Source: Felis catus (Eukaryota). Taken from it: a DNA stretch of 64,000 nucleotides. The position numbers and the translations under genes were made by a program. Positions within the stretch are counted from its first letter, which is position 1. The number at the start of each line of letters is the position of its first letter. The stretch lies in the NCBI RefSeq assembly GCF_018350175.1, contig NC_058368.1, positions 4,898,001-4,962,000 on the forward strand, given 5' to 3'. This document shows, one piece after another, positions 49,919-64,000 of this stretch. The notes below the pieces were generated by a model, which saw nothing but the letters and a program-made list of their open reading frames with translations, was not told the DNA's origin and did no database searches.

Positions 49919-52900
49919 GGTTACAAGTGTCAGATCACAATCGAAATTGCCTTTGTTATTATTTTTTTAATCTTTATTTTTGAGAGAGAGAGACAGAGTG
50001 CGAGTGGGGGGAGGAACAGAGAGAGAGGGAGACACAAAATCCGAAGCAGTCTCCAGGCTCCGAGCTGTCGGCACAGAGCCCGACGCGGGGCTTGAACTCA
50101 TCAACCGTGAGATCGTGACCTTAGCTGAAGTTGGATGCTTAACCAACTGAGCCACCCAGGCGCCCCTGAAATTGCCTTTCATAGGAGAAGGAATTTATTG
50201 GCTCAGACAAGAAGTGCAAGAACAGAGCTAGCTTTGTCAGAACATGTCCACTCAGGGTCTCTGTTATTGTCTTAGCTCTGTTCCCCACTGCTTCTCTCTC
50301 AGGCAAGATGCTCCTGCAGTGACTAGCTGGCCAACAGCAATTCCCTGTTCATATCCTACTTGTACAGCAACCCCAGCAGACAGAGAGCCTCCTTTCCCAA
50401 GTAGTTTTAGCAGAAGACCCAGAGTGACGTCTCCTTGGACTCGTGAGTCAGATGCTCCTCTTTGAATCAACCATCGTGACCAGGTTCGCAGCACTCTGAC
50501 GCACCACGTTTGAGTGATGTGTCCCATCTTAGGTCCAGAATGTGGGGCCATCCCTATATGAACACGTCGAACTGAGGGGTGGGAATGGAGCTGCTTTCCA
50601 GAGGAAATAGTGTGTTGTTACCCAGAGGAGGGAGAATGGATCCTGGAAAGGCGAATTGAAGAGCTGTCCCTTCCACCAGAATTCTGCATCCCGCCTTCTG
50701 TTCCAGATTCCCTCGGGATAATCTCAACTACTTCTGTGGTTTCAACTACTGTCTGATTTAGGACGCTCTTGTCTGGAATAAACCTTACTTTGATTTTTTT
50801 TCATCCAGTGAAATAGAAAATTCAACAACAGACATAGTGCATTTGAGGGGCACCTGGGTGACTCAGTTGTTAAGCATCTGACTTATCAGGTCTTGATCTC
50901 ACGGTTCGTGAGTTTGAGCCCTGCTTTGGGTGAGCCCTGCTTCTCTCTCTCTCTCTCCTTCTCTCTCCCCCCATCCGTCTGCCTCTTGTGGGATTCTCTC
51001 TCTCTCTCTCTCTCTCTCTCTGCCCCTCACGCACTTGTGCCCTCTCTCTCAAAACAAAACAAAACAAAAACAGTGCATTTGAAAGGAATTTTTTTAGAGG
51101 GATTTTTTAGGAGGAAGGGCACAGTCTTTTTTCCCCCTATTTAAAAACATGTTAAACGACATTCTGAAATGACTCACAGTGCTTCTGGTCCTCTACTAAA
51201 AATGGAACTGTTCGCTGTCAGATAATCCAGTTTATTTTGCCCAAATGGTGGACACAGACATTTTTGTCCACAAGGGGAATATTATTTTTTAATTTTTTTA
51301 AGTTTGTTCATTTTTTTGAGGGAGGGAGGGGCAGAGAGAGAGGGAGAGAGAATCCCAAGTGGGCTCCAGACTTGAACTCATGAACCATGAGATCACGACC
51401 TGAGCTGAAATCAAAAGTCGGTCACTTAACCAACTGAGCCACCCAGGGGCCCCCACAAAGCGAATATTTTTTAAAATATATTTATTCTTCTTCTTCAGGA
51501 ACAGGCCTCTTGATCCTTGGGATCTTCAATTGAGATATTTAATTATTCATTTATCTCATCTAAGGAAGGTTCAATGGTCATATCTAATCTCAGTTGTCTT
51601 AATTCCCAACAAGCATGATTTTGAGCAATTCTGTCAGGGTTGTATTTTCTCTTCCCTTAGAGTAGCTTATCTTCTGGGAAGGAGGCACACAGATCTGAGT
51701 AGGTGACTACCTTAACACCAATTTCTTTAAACGTGTTCCAGGGATAGATGAAAAAATGCATTATGACCTGGTGTTATCTGTCGGTATCCAAAGCAGGATC
51801 TCCACCCAGATCCAGGTTCTTTATTTCGTTTTAATGTTTTAATTTATTTTTGAGAGAGAGAGTGTGTGAGCAGGGGAGGGGCAGGAGAGAGGGAGACAGA
51901 GGATCCGAAGCAGGCTCCACGCTGATAGCAGCAAACTTGATGCAGGAATTGAACTCACAAACCGTGAGATCATGACCTGAGCCGAAGTCGGATGCTCAAC
52001 CGACTGAGCCACCCAGGTGCCCCTCCAATTTCCTATCTTTAAAGAGCATTTTTATCTCAAGGTCCTGAAAACATCACAACTCAACACACCTCGAATGAAC
52101 TCATCTTTAACGTTTGCTTTTTGTTCAATATTCCCTATTTCAAGTAATTACTAGCTATCTTTCAACAAATTAGAAATTTCTGAATTGTCTGTCATCTCTC
52201 TCTGCTTTCATATCCAATGGGTCATCAAGTATTGCTAGTTCCTCCTGAATCTGTCTTGAACCTGTATCTTTCCATCCTCCTCTGCACGAGCCTGAATGTT
52301 TTTAAGATTTTTTTAAACATTTATTTATTTTTTAGAGACAGAGAGAGACAGAGCATGAGCAGGGGAGGGGGAGAGAGAGGGAGACACAGAATCCAAAGCA
52401 GGCTCCAGGCTCCGAGGCATCAGCACAGAGCCTGACGTGGGGCTCGAACTCACAAACCGCGAGATCATGACCTGAGCCAAAGTCGGACACTTAACCCACT
52501 GAGCCACCCAGGCGCCCCTGCACAAGCCTTAATTAAGAACGCCCTTTTCAGGAATTGCGGGCGACTTACTTGGACATATAGCAAAAGCCTGAAATGCTCT
52601 TCTGCATTCCATCTATCACTGGAAAGGAGAACCAGACAAGGAGCTGACTTCATTCAGCTCTGGCTTTAAACCTGCCCCCTCCCTTACCACGTCATCTCGC
52701 TCACCAGGGGGAAATCACTTTTCCTCTTCGGACCTCAGTTTCCTCATTTGTGAAAGGAAGGGGTTAGACTACATAACCTCCAAGCCCTTCCAGCTCAACA
52801 GTTCTGGAATTCTAGTCCCGACAACCCTGTCCCTACCCCATTTATCTCACGGGGTTAGTGGGCAAATTAAAATGACTGTACTTTCAGTGCCTGTTGGAGG

Positions 52901-55302
52901 GAACACTGATGAATTCACACTAATTAATCCCATGCCTAGGGATTTAAAACCTAAGAAGTCAGGGGCTTCCAGGAGAGTCACACGCATTCAGCCCAGGGAG
53001 CAGAGCTACTGGACCCCTGTCCCGTCACTGGGGTGGGCTGGGGGACAGCTTCCATGCAGGCCTGGAGAGGTGGCTGCAATCACACAGGCAAGACCTTCAG
53101 AGAAGGTCATGGGCCCGAGTCATTATTAGCAGGATCGCCTGAGCAGTCTATGAAAGACTCCCCCCAACGCCCCCTTTCACTCCTTTGTTGTTTTCTCTCA
53201 ATTACTTAGGCAGCAAGGGTGGGGAAATTGTTTTAATAGCTGGCACCAGATTTCTATCAGGGAGACACCTGCTTAGGAAAACCCCTGAACCGGCCTATGG
53301 GGGGATAGTGGGAGAGCGTGTTCATCTAGGAGACGGGGAGAGAAGAGGAAAATGGGAGCTGGCAGGGGATAGAAAAAGAAACCCAAATGGCCAATGAATA
53401 TGGAAACAGCTGCCAGGTCTCCCAGCTAGTGGCTGCCTGGTGAGGAGCACAAAAACCCTGTTCGCCTCCAGGTGGGATAGACTTTGCAGTGAAGTATATT
53501 CTCCCTGCGGAACCAGGAGGAAGGAGCTTCCCCCAAACTACATCCTTGCTTAACTGGATCTCCCACCATTTGAAGGATGTTATTTAAACCCAGAGGACCA
53601 GGTAACCCCAGCGATCACTTACCTTACGTTAGTAACATAACACAACTGTACTTATTACCTTCTGAGTTTTTTAAATTAAAAATGTAGACGGGAGCCTGGG
53701 TGGCTCGGTCGGACAAGCATCCGACTTCGGCTCAGGTCTTGATCTCGCAGTCCGTGAGTTCAAGCCCCGTGAGCTCAAGCTGACGGCTCAGAGCCTGGAG
53801 CCTGCTTCGGATTCTGTGTCTCCCTCTCTCTGCCCCTCCCCTGCTCATGCTCTGTCTCTGTCTCTGTCTCTCTCAAAAACAAACATTACACATTTCTTAA
53901 ACTTTAAATTAAAAATGTATTAATCTTGTATTAAGCCTGTGTTTGCTACTACCTATCACACCAGAATCCACTGAGATTTATTATGTCAGTGCTCTTGTTG
54001 TGATTATCCAGCAGCTCTTGGGAAAGGAAACAATATACATAGATTTATCCTGATGTCAAGTAGGGAGGATAGTCGAAATTACTGGTCATGGTCCTGAGTT
54101 TCCGTAAAATACCAGTAAATCTCACACGAGTCTGGGGACTTCATGACCGTGTGAAGGGCAGGGGCCCCCAAGCTTTTCCTATCACAGCCTTCATAGAAAA
54201 CAATGATATTTATGCAGCACTGGGGGGCTAACCCGAGGGGAGCCAGGGACAACCCACTATATGGGGCTTGGTGAAAACATTACTTTTTGTTCATATCACA
54301 TCACACAGCTACGTCAAGAAAAATGAGATAGGAAGTATCAGAGAAGATATTTAAGACTGCCTTTCTGTAAGACTCTTCTGTTAAAGGACTTCACTGAGAG
54401 ATCAGAGCTCCCTCCCCGTGCACATGGCTTTCCTCTCAAGGTTTTAAGCCTTAGAGGGTCCCACCCTCCTTTTCTAACCCTTGATCGCCTCCATCCAGGA
54501 GGAAACATGTTCATCCAAATGGGTGATAAAAAATTGAAAACCGTTTTTGCAAACCTTTCAAACATTTATAACAGTTGGAATTAAGTTGAAAGGGTCTACC
54601 AGCTCCGAAGTTTTTGTGATCAGGGCACATGGACCTCAGACCCACCGGGACTTGGACCCGCCGACGGCCCCTCAAGTGGCAGCTGTCCCTGGCGGATCTC
54701 ACGTACGCGAGCAGTCCCTCGGAGGACACTGGGTCCGCTGAAAGTGCCCTTGGCCAGAAGCCTGCTAACTCGGGGGACAGAGATCGGGGCCCCGCCGAGC
54801 CCTGCCTGGCCTCACGCCGGGCTGCCCCTCGGCTGCGGAGCCCTGCTTCTTGCCCTTTTCCAACACAGACTCCCCCCACCCCTGCCCTCCACCCTTCGTC
54901 CATGGAGTGGGCAGCAGCGGCAGAGACGGGGTTCCAGGCGCTGGATCCCCCTGCTTGCATTCTCCAGCCCTGCAGGGAGTCCCAGGCTTTTCATCCGTTC
55001 GTGAATACCTCGGGATGATGTTAGGCTCTCTACCCCCTGCCCGAGCCACTCTGTGGATCCCCCAACCTGGGTATGGCCAGCCACTCTGGGCCCTACCGGA
55101 GATCAGCGCCACCAAGCATACCTCTGAGAATATCCAGTTAAAGCCACAAGCAGGGAGTGGAAAAGTAACTCTGAAGGTTCAGAGAAATAGCCTCATAAAA
55201 TAACAGAAACGAGGGTAGCTGGTAGATCCATTGGGCGTGTGTGTAAGTTGTGAGACTTTAACTCATAACTCGTATCAATTTATAGCTACTATAACAAAAA
55301 GT

Positions 55303-55992
55303 ATTTTTTTTTTAATTTTTTTTTCAACGTTTATTTATTTTGGGGACAGAGAAAGACAGAGCATGAACGGGGGAGGGGCAGAGAGAGAGGGAGACACAGA
55401 ATCGGAAACAGGCTCCAGGCTCTGAGCCATCAGCCCAGAGCCTGACGCGGGGCTCGAACTCACGGACCGCGAGATCGTGACCTGAGCCGAAGTCGGCCGC
55501 TTAACCGACTGAGCCACCCAGGCGCCCCACAAAAAGTATTTTTTAAAAAAATTTTTAATGTTTATTTATTTTTGAGAGACGGAGACAGATCACGAGTGGG
55601 GTGGGAGTGGGGGGCAGAGAGAGGAGACACAGAATCCGAAGCAGGCTCCAGACTCTGAGCTGTCAGCACAGAGCCCAACGGGGCTGGAACCCACAAACCA
55701 TGAGATCATGACCTGAGCCGAAGTTGGTCACTTCACCGAGTGAGCCACCCAGGTGCACCCAAAAAATAACTCTTGAAAAAATGTTTATTTTTGAGAGAGA
55801 CAGAGACAGAGAGAAAGACAGAGAGAGCAAGAGGGGCGAGGGGCAGAGAGAGGGAGACCCAGAATCCGAAGCAGGCTCCAGGCTCCAAGCTGTCAGTAGA
55901 GAGCCCGATATGGGGCTCGAAACCACGAACCATGAGATCATGACGTGGGCTGAAGTTGGACGCTTAACCGACTGAACCACCCAGGCACCCCC
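55303..55992 (-). mobile_element. Three stacked CAN-SINEs
   Basis: Heads at ~55528, ~55760 and ~55992; ACAAAAAGTATTTTTT duplicated around the first. Confidence 0.9.
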
Positions 55993-56059
55993 AAAAACAA
56001 CTTTTTAAAAGTGTTATTTGGGCCTGATAAAAATTAAGCCACCCCCCCCCCCTTGCATC

Positions 56060-56830
56060 CCTGCAATACTGCAGTCTAATTCTGATGCTAGTCACTTGGA
56101 GTCAGCAGAGATTCCACAGGTGAAGGGCATGGTCCCCAACTGTCCTCATTTCAGATGCCTGCTGCAAGTGTGGTCACCTGCACTTCTGACCAATTGGCTA
56201 CCAGTTTGGGGGGTTCCCAAGACCCCCTCAGGTTGGATAATTCATTAGAATGACTCCCAGAACCCAGGAAAGTACTGTACTTACAATTAGAGTTATTAAA
56301 AAAGGATACAAATCAGGACCAGCCAAGTGAAGAGTCACATAGGGCAAGATCTGGAGGGTCCTAGCACAGATCTCTGTGTCCTGCCTCATGGAATTGGGGT
56401 TGTCATCCCTTCCAGAACAATGATGTGTTTACCATCAGGAAGCTACCCTGAGAAGCCTCCATGTCCAGAGATTTTATTGGGGTTTCATTACATAGGCACG
56501 ACTGATTAAATCATTGGTTTCAAAGTTGAACTCAGTAAATCTCCAGTCTCCTTCCCCTCCCTGGAAGTGGCGGGGGTGGTGGGGGGGGGGGAGGGAGGGT
56601 GTCAGGCTGATGTCACAAGGTTTGGGGCCCAGGCTTCTAATCACATGGTTGGTCTCTCTGGCATAACAGGTCCCATCCTGAGTCACTTCCTTAGCATAAG
56701 CTTAGGTGTGGATAAGGGGCCCACCGCGAATAACAAAGACACTCCTATCATCCAGGAAATTCCAAAGATTTCGAGGTTATCTTTCAGGAAGCAAGAACAT
56801 ACATCAGACAAACCCTATTATAACCCCTAA
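56060..56830. mobile_element. Old LTR fragment, MER21-like
   Basis: Recalled motifs AAGGATACAAATCAGGA..CAGCCAA and ATAACAAAGACACTCCTATCA..CAGGAAATTCCAA. Confidence 0.5.
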
Positions 56831-58976
56831 CAACACTGGTTTATGGACACAAGACTCTCAGGATAAGCCTCCCGGACAAATCAGGTATTATATGGATTTT
56901 CCACTAAAGGAGGACAAACGAATTGTTGGAGATATAATTCTGAGCTACATGTCAATATGAGAGAAAGTTATTAGGAGAACAAAGAACAAAGGTGGCAGGA
57001 AGAAGGAAGGAGTAAGACCAAAATGTACAGTCCTAAGAGAAAGGATTAAAAAGACGCAAGTCCTTGGGGGTGGGGAAACTCTAGACCATCAGAAAAAAAT
57101 GGAGCCCAAGTAGGGTTTCGCCTCTTTATTATTTTTTTAAGTAGACTTGGTGCCCAGTGCAGAGCCCAATGTGGGGCCTGAATCCACGACCCTGAAATCA
57201 AGACCTGAGCTGAGATCAAAAGTCAGTTGCTTGACCGACTGAGCCACCCAGGCACCCAGGGTCTCACCTTTTATTCCTATTTAAGGCTGAGAGATGTCGC
57301 TGTCAGAAGACCAATATTCTCTTGAACACAGTGTGGGATTTGGACTTTGATGGGGCTCCCACTTAGAAGAAATCTCCCTCACACCCACCAGGCAGGCACA
57401 AATTGATGGGTATGGTCATGCATCAGACCTGGTGCATATGTGCCAGGCTAAGAAAACAAGATGTGACAAGAATCTTCTGCAACGCAGTCCCATGGGCAAA
57501 AGAAAGATTTAGAAGCTTGTTAAGAAAAACACATTGCCATCTGGAAGTAAGTGCAAGACATAGATCTAGGAGACATTGGTGTCTTCTGGGAAACACTGAG
57601 GTGCTAGCAGAGAAAGATCTTTTTAGATTATCCCCGTCTTCTCGCCTGCCCCCTTGGAGGGTCGGGTAAATGAAGGAAGGGCCAAAGATGTCAAATGTAC
57701 AGGCCTTCGTTTTCCTCAAAATGGGAGCCTTGAAAAATAACCCTGTGTGCATGTGAGGGGTTTTTTCATGTGCATTTCATGAAAAGTGTATAATTCTGTA
57801 CAAAAAGGAATATGCAATTTTCCTAAACACTGAGACCTTGCTTGGGTCTGTTTGATACATTCTTCACCAAATATTAGTATCTGTAGACTCAACATTTGGA
57901 TAACTGCCTTTTTTCACACAAACCTTCACTGATAAGTGAAGAATATTATTCTTAACACTTTTAATATATACATCAATATTTGATCCATTCTAGGATGCAT
58001 ATTTTCACACAATTTTCCATCTCTAAAGCTGGGTACATCTTTGAATCAGTGGTGTCTTACAATTATAATTGCCAGCATTGTTTTTTCCTTTATGATACAT
58101 AAGAGAATGTACATCTGTAGAACCTTAGATTCGATGAAATATGGACAATTGCTTAAAATGTTACTAGACAAAACGTTGAAAGTTTAAAGAACCCCCATTG
58201 TCCTGAGTAGCTTGAATCCTTTAAGAACATGACAGGAATTAAGTGTCCAAATTCTAGAATTGTTAAAGAACTTTAAAAAGTGCCTTCAGGCATGGGAATC
58301 TACGGCTTTCAGATATCATATGCTTCTTCTTTAATCTTTTAATGTGACAAGTTATAGTAATAGACTTTTTAAAAATGTTGAACCATATTTCCATTCCTGG
58401 AGTAAACCCAACTTGATATGATGAGTGTTGGTTTTACAGACTACCAGATTCAGTTTTCTTTTTCTAAGTTTCATTAAAGAGAAAGAAAGCACACACACAG
58501 AAAAGTGGGGGAGAGGGGCAGAGAGAGACAGAGAGACAGAGAGACAGAGAAAGACAGAGAGAGAATCTTAAGCAGACTCCACACTCAGCGTGGAGCCCAA
58601 CAGGGGGCTCTATCCCACCACCCTGGGATCATGCCTGAGCTGAAATCAAGAGTCGGATATTCAACCAATTGGGCCACCCAGGCACCCCTGGATGCAGTTT
58701 TCTGATCTAATATGGAAATGTTGAATTCCATGATAGAGATACATTTTTAATTTTCCTCAACGAATGGTTCTTCCTTCTCTTAAAGAGATTGTGTTAGGGA
58801 CACCTGGGTGGCTCAGTCAGTTGAACGTCCGACTCTTGTTTCAGCTCAGGTCACGACCCCAGGGTTGTGGGATTGAGCCCCACGTCAGACTCCATGCTGA
58901 GCACTGAGCGTGGAGCTTGCTAAAGATTCTCTCTCTCTCTCTGCCCCCTTCCCCGCTCACGCACACCCTCTCTACA

Positions 58977-59019
<43 letters not shown>

Positions 59020-59289
59020 CTTTTTTAAAAAAGAGAGAGAGGGGCGCCTGGGTGGCTCAGTCAGTTAAGCGTCTGACTTGGGCTCAGGTCATGATCTCGA
59101 GGTTTGTGAGTTCAAGCCCCGGGTCGGGCCCTATGCTGACAGCTCGGAGCCTGAAGCCTGCTTTGGATTCTGTGTCTCCCTCTCTCTCTGCCCCTTCCCT
59201 GCTCATGCTCTGTCTCTCTCACTCTCAAAAGTGGATAAATGTTTAAAAAAATAATCAAATCAAATCAAATCAAATCAAATCAAATAAAT

Positions 59290-60330
59290 AGAGAGAGATC
59301 GTGTCAGATTGAAGTTACCTGATCATTAGATGTTTGGTAGGACATTTTTACTGTTTTGTCTGGAGGGGGCGGGAGAGTTTTCACTGCCGATTCCCTTGTC
59401 TAACAGTTTTAGGACTTTTCATGTTATCTATTTCTTCCCAAGCCACTTTCGGCAATTTATATATTTTTTGGAATTTGTATGTATTGTCTAAATGTTGAAG
59501 TTATTGCCATAGCTTCATAGCACTTTTTCTCTTTTTATCGATGCCACAACTGAAATTATGCCCATCTTCCCATTCTGAATCTTTCTCTTTTTTCCTGATA
59601 AATACTATAAATGTTTTACAAAAAAAAAATCAATTTTTGTATTTGTTGGTCCACTTTAGAGTATCTTTGTTTCCAGTCTCGTTACTTTCTGCTAAGTTAT
59701 ATTACTTCTTACTTAGACTTTCTATGGGTTTATTCTGTTATTCTTTTTCCAGCTTCTTACATTAGATTAAAATGGATCCTTAACTCATTAATTCTCAGCC
59801 TTTTATCTTTTCTAATGTAAGCATGTTGGGCTGTAAAATTCCTTCTAAGTAATCTTTGGCTGTATTTCACGTTTTAATATATAATGTCTTCATGATTGTG
59901 CACTCCTAATTGTTTTCTAGTATCCATTGTCATTTATTCTTTGATCCACAAGGTATTGAAAGGCACATTTAAAATTTGTCCCAAATGTATGGAGTGGTTT
60001 TAGTTATCTTATCTCTGCTAATTTCTAGCATGCTTATAGTAAAAGAACATATTCTGCATGTAACCGATTTTTTTTTTTTTTTTTTGGAGAAGCTTTAAGA
60101 CTTACTTCATTGCTTAGGATGTAGCCAATTTTAATAAATGTTTTATTTGTATTTGAAAAGAATGTGGATTTTCCAATTGTTTGTTCCAGGATTACATGTG
60201 TCCAAAAGTCTTTCTCAAATCTTTATCCTTACTGATTTTGTGCCTGCTTGATCTTCCAATTACCAAAAAGTTCTACAAAACACCTCATCCACTCTGATTG
60301 TGGATTCAACTGCCTATTGTATGGTCCCCA
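59290..60330 (-). mobile_element. Old L1 fragment
   Basis: T-rich sequence resembling antisense L1 ORF2. Confidence 0.5.
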
Positions 60331-62489
60331 GTCCATTCTTAGGCCCTGGAACCGAAAGTTGAAAGTTCTAGGCCTCCAGGAATCAGTAGTAACATCCAGG
60401 GATTTCTGGCCTCCCTCCTTTGATAGCTCAATATGCATATAGAGAAATAAAAATAAACATTGGCATTTTTTAAGTGTTCTGTACAAGAAAATTTTAAAAC
60501 TCTAAATTTCTGTATTGCCAGAAACATGTAAGATCTCTAAGCCTCACTTTTTCATTGAAAAATGGAAATAATAGTATCTGAGGTTGAGATTCCCCAGGAA
60601 ATGACACCAAGACAGAGATTTGTACTCAGGGAGTTTGTCGGGAAGCTTTAAGTGGCCTTAGCAGAGAGTGTTATGTCTCACTCGTGTATACCCACCAAGC
60701 TGAGCACGGACCTAACACAGCAAGTAGTCGATGGCTGTTAACTAAACCAAATGACATGAATCTATTTTCTGATACATATAATGGATATAACTTTTGCATC
60801 AGAGGGAAGCTGCAGTTAGACTGTGGCATCAGACGTGGGACCACTGGAGGACCTGGCCAAGAGTTGTCCTTGAGCCTCCCAACAGAACCAGAATCCCCTA
60901 GTAAGTTCCTATGCCGCCTGGGCAACAAAGCCAACGCGGAGGCAGCTTCCGGCACCGAGAACAACCATCAAGGACTCTCAGTTATTTCTAAAAGGCCACT
61001 TTTATACAGGGTATAGGGAATCTAGAAATCTCAGGAGCTAAGAAGGAAATTAAGCTCTCAAATCTTAGACCTAGAAGCCAGAAAAGCATAAAATCTTAAA
61101 TGATCTAAAATGAGAACCCCCTCCCACCTGGGGGATAACTAGGAAAACGGAATGTGTCTGTAGCTTTGGGTCCTGGTCTTTGCCCAGAGTTCTATCCTTT
61201 CTCGGGAATATCCCTTTCCCCATGTGACTGCTGGCTCACGAGCACCTGCCATGTCCTGGAGGGTGCAGGAGTCTGTGAGCATAAAGCCTGGCGGGATAGA
61301 AAAATTCAAGGGCCGTTTTCCATTGCTTTGTTCTCTTTATGACATTGACCTCTTCCTTCTGAGACACAGGTTTTCACTCCCCTTTGGTTCAGTTGCTTCT
61401 TCGGGATTCTAAACCTTCAGGTTAAAGTTCTCCACGCGGTGAAAACAGCATGAAAGGCTGAAATCGTGTATGCTCTTAGAACTCTCCTGTGAAGGCCCGC
61501 ATTGGAGACTGACATCTATCAGTGAGTCTAGTGTGGCCAACTACTCCCTCTGCGTCAGAACAGATGGGTTTCTCTGAGCTTGGCTGCTCTGTCACATGAA
61601 AATGGCGCTATCATTAAATCCCAGAATCCCACATCCCACTCAGGGCAGAGCAATATCCACTCTATGAGAAGTATTCAGCAAGTGAGGCTGATTCAGTACA
61701 GGGGCCTTGCACGTCCGGGGCTTGAAATGGTAGAGGCAATTGCTCTCTGACTTAAATTATTTTCTCTCGAGCCCAGAGGGTTACATTTTTTTTTTTCCGT
61801 GTTAAACACATCAATGATTTCTCTCCGCTAAGCGGGTGTGTACTCAACCACCCAGCCACCTGCCTTCAATCATGGTTGCTCTCTCTCTCTCTTCTAGCCC
61901 CTTGTTTGGTATCTGGGGAGGGGCGGGGGGAAGCGCCTTTCTGATTTCAGCACCATCGTGTCTGTTCACTGCTGTTTTAGATGCCAACACTCCAACCAGC
62001 TCAGCTACTGTCCTTGATTTCTTCCACAAAGACTAGGCTTTCCCCCTTAGTCTCTCCTAATTATATGTAGGCTTTTGATTCCAGAATAACCTGTCCCAGA
62101 AGATCACGCTTCAGACCACCTCTACTCCCTTCTGTTTGCTTGTTTGTATATAAGCATCCTGCACCACTCCATACCTCATTCCCAATCCAAGAAATCCATA
62201 TTTATCTCTATGCACATAAAAGCAAGTTCTCTGTTCAACTCCAGCTCATGAAATTTTAATTTTTATAAATGCTTTTTTTAATGTTTATTTATTTTTGAAA
62301 GAGAGAGAGAGAGAAAGCACAAGCAGGGGAGGGGCAGAGAGAGAGAACGAGACACAGAATCCGAAGCGGGCTCCAGGCTCCGAGCTGTCAGCGCAGAGCC
62401 CGACGTGGAGCTGGAACGCACGAACCGTGAGATCATGACCTGAGCCGAAGTCGGACGCTTAACCGACTGAGCCACCCAGGCGCCCCTGA

Positions 62490-62681
62490 AAGAATCCTTT
62501 TTTATTTCTTTTACTAATAATAACTCTTTGCCCCACGATCCTTCCTATAAAAACCCTCTATTTTGTACAACTGCTCAGAGCGTCTCTCTACTTGCTGGGA
62601 GGGAGTGCTGCCTAATTCACGAATTGCTTAATGAAGCCAATTCGATCTTCAAATTCACTCCGTTGAATTTTGTTTTTTAAC
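62490..62681 (+). mobile_element. LTR 3' portion similar to the 16582-17027 family
   Basis: TATAAAA followed by sequence resembling 16870-17027 and ending TTTAACA; the left part is interrupted by a SINE. Confidence 0.55.
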
Positions 62682-63309
62682 ATCCCCCCCCCCTCCAAAA
62701 AACAGAACAAAATAAAAACCAGAAAACGACTCTTTAAAAGACTCCAGTCGTGGCGCCTGGGTGGCTCAGTCGGTTAAGCGTCTGACTTCAGCTCAGGTCA
62801 TGATCTCGCTGTTTGTGAGTTCAAGCCCAGCGTCAGGCTCTGCTCTGACAGCTCGGAGCCTGGAGCCCGCTTCCGATTCTGTGTCTCCCTCTCTCTCTGC
62901 CCCTCCCCTGCTCATGCTCTGTCTCTGTCTCAAAAATAAATAAAAACATTTTAAAAAAAGTTAAAAAAAAAAAAAAAAGACCCCAGTTGGTTGGTCCTAA
63001 CAGTCACAGCAGATTAGCCGGCCTCATGTGTGCTTATGAGAAATGGAGATTTTCTGAGCAAAAGGCTCAGAGATCAGATCCACATCAGAATAACAAGGCT
63101 TTCGAAAGGCAAACAACAGTTTTTCACTTGTTCACAAAGTGTGAAAAGAAATACGGGCCCACTGTTGGTTTTTTTCCACCAATTTCACGCACACGCACAC
63201 ACACACACACATCACACTGCCATCACCATCATTCGAATCAGTTCTAAAAACTGAAAAGGGTGGAAATAAGATTGATCCCGAAAAAATAACCTACAGAATT
63301 CACTTTAAA

Positions 63310-64000
63310 TGTAAAGGAGCAACAAAATTTATTGGCTGAATTGAACACAACAGTTAAAATGGCAGTGTTGTATTTTCATTTTAAGATGTTTGAATGAAAC
63401 AAGAAAAGTGCTATTAGTTCAAGCTTCTTACATTCATTAAAAGAGTGGCTATCAAAAACAGCAACATGCACAATGATACATATGCACAAAATGGAATTAT
63501 ATCAACAAATATACAAAATACCCAAAATAAAATATTTACAGGCTTAAAAATATAAACATTGGTTCATTTATCCCATTAAATCATTGGAGGAAGGAGAAAA
63601 GATCCTATTGCTATCTGGAATCCTCTTGTAAAACAAGTTTTAAAAACATAGAGTAGTTCTAGAAGACAATTTTTGATGTTTTGGGGGGGACTTAACATTC
63701 TATTATAAAAATAATATCTATAAACCTACTAACCATTTTCCTCCTGTGCACAAAAATAATACAGCCAAAAGCTTGTCCTCAAAGACATGCCTGACTTTCA
63801 GGAAAACTAATTATAGAGATGGAATTTCTCATTTGGGTCTTCTTTGTCATTATTTTCAAAGAACCTGCAATTCCCTATGGTACACTGAGATATTTCATAT
63901 AAATAACTTGGTCAAAACCTGAAGTTAGCAATGAGCCCGGCAGAGAGCTGGAGTCAAGTAAAAATGACAAAAATTTACTTTGCCTATAGCGTCAAAACCA
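63310..64000 (-). other. Probable distal 3' UTR and polyadenylation site of a minus-strand host gene (possibly PRICKLE2, from recall only)
   Basis: Repeat-free AU-rich sequence, minus-strand AATAAA at 63328-63333, Pumilio-type TGTAAATA at 63533-63540. Confidence 0.5.

Noticed and set aside
1204..62943. Repeated ~60-aa MAQSV.. ORF family
   Set aside because: These are translations of CAN-SINE bodies.

Overview
Eukaryotic, felid (cat-like) genomic DNA: mostly intergenic and densely filled with carnivore tRNA-derived SINEs (about 40 SINEC/CAN-SINE copies), old L1 fragments, DNA-transposon fossils and solo LTRs. The main object is a 7,210-bp endogenous gammaretrovirus on the minus strand (34314-41523) of the FcEV/ERV-DC type. 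It has two 524-bp LTRs that read as identical, a 4-bp ATAT target-site duplication, a tRNA-Gly PBS, a PPT and intact GACG-tetraloop packaging hairpins. Every viral ORF is nevertheless broken: three deletions at short direct repeats, a homopolymer frameshift, two nonsense codons and an E->K change at the integrase catalytic glutamate. This fits a recently integrated, non-autonomous genome mobilised in trans. Also present are an AUH processed pseudogene lacking the ~50-codon catalytic block (apparently an exon-skipped template), a cluster of four solo LTRs at 12-17 kb, a candidate CTCF/AP-1 element, and the distal 3' UTR of a minus-strand host gene at the right edge. I found no intact host protein-coding exon. 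Family names and reference residues come from recall, not from a database search.
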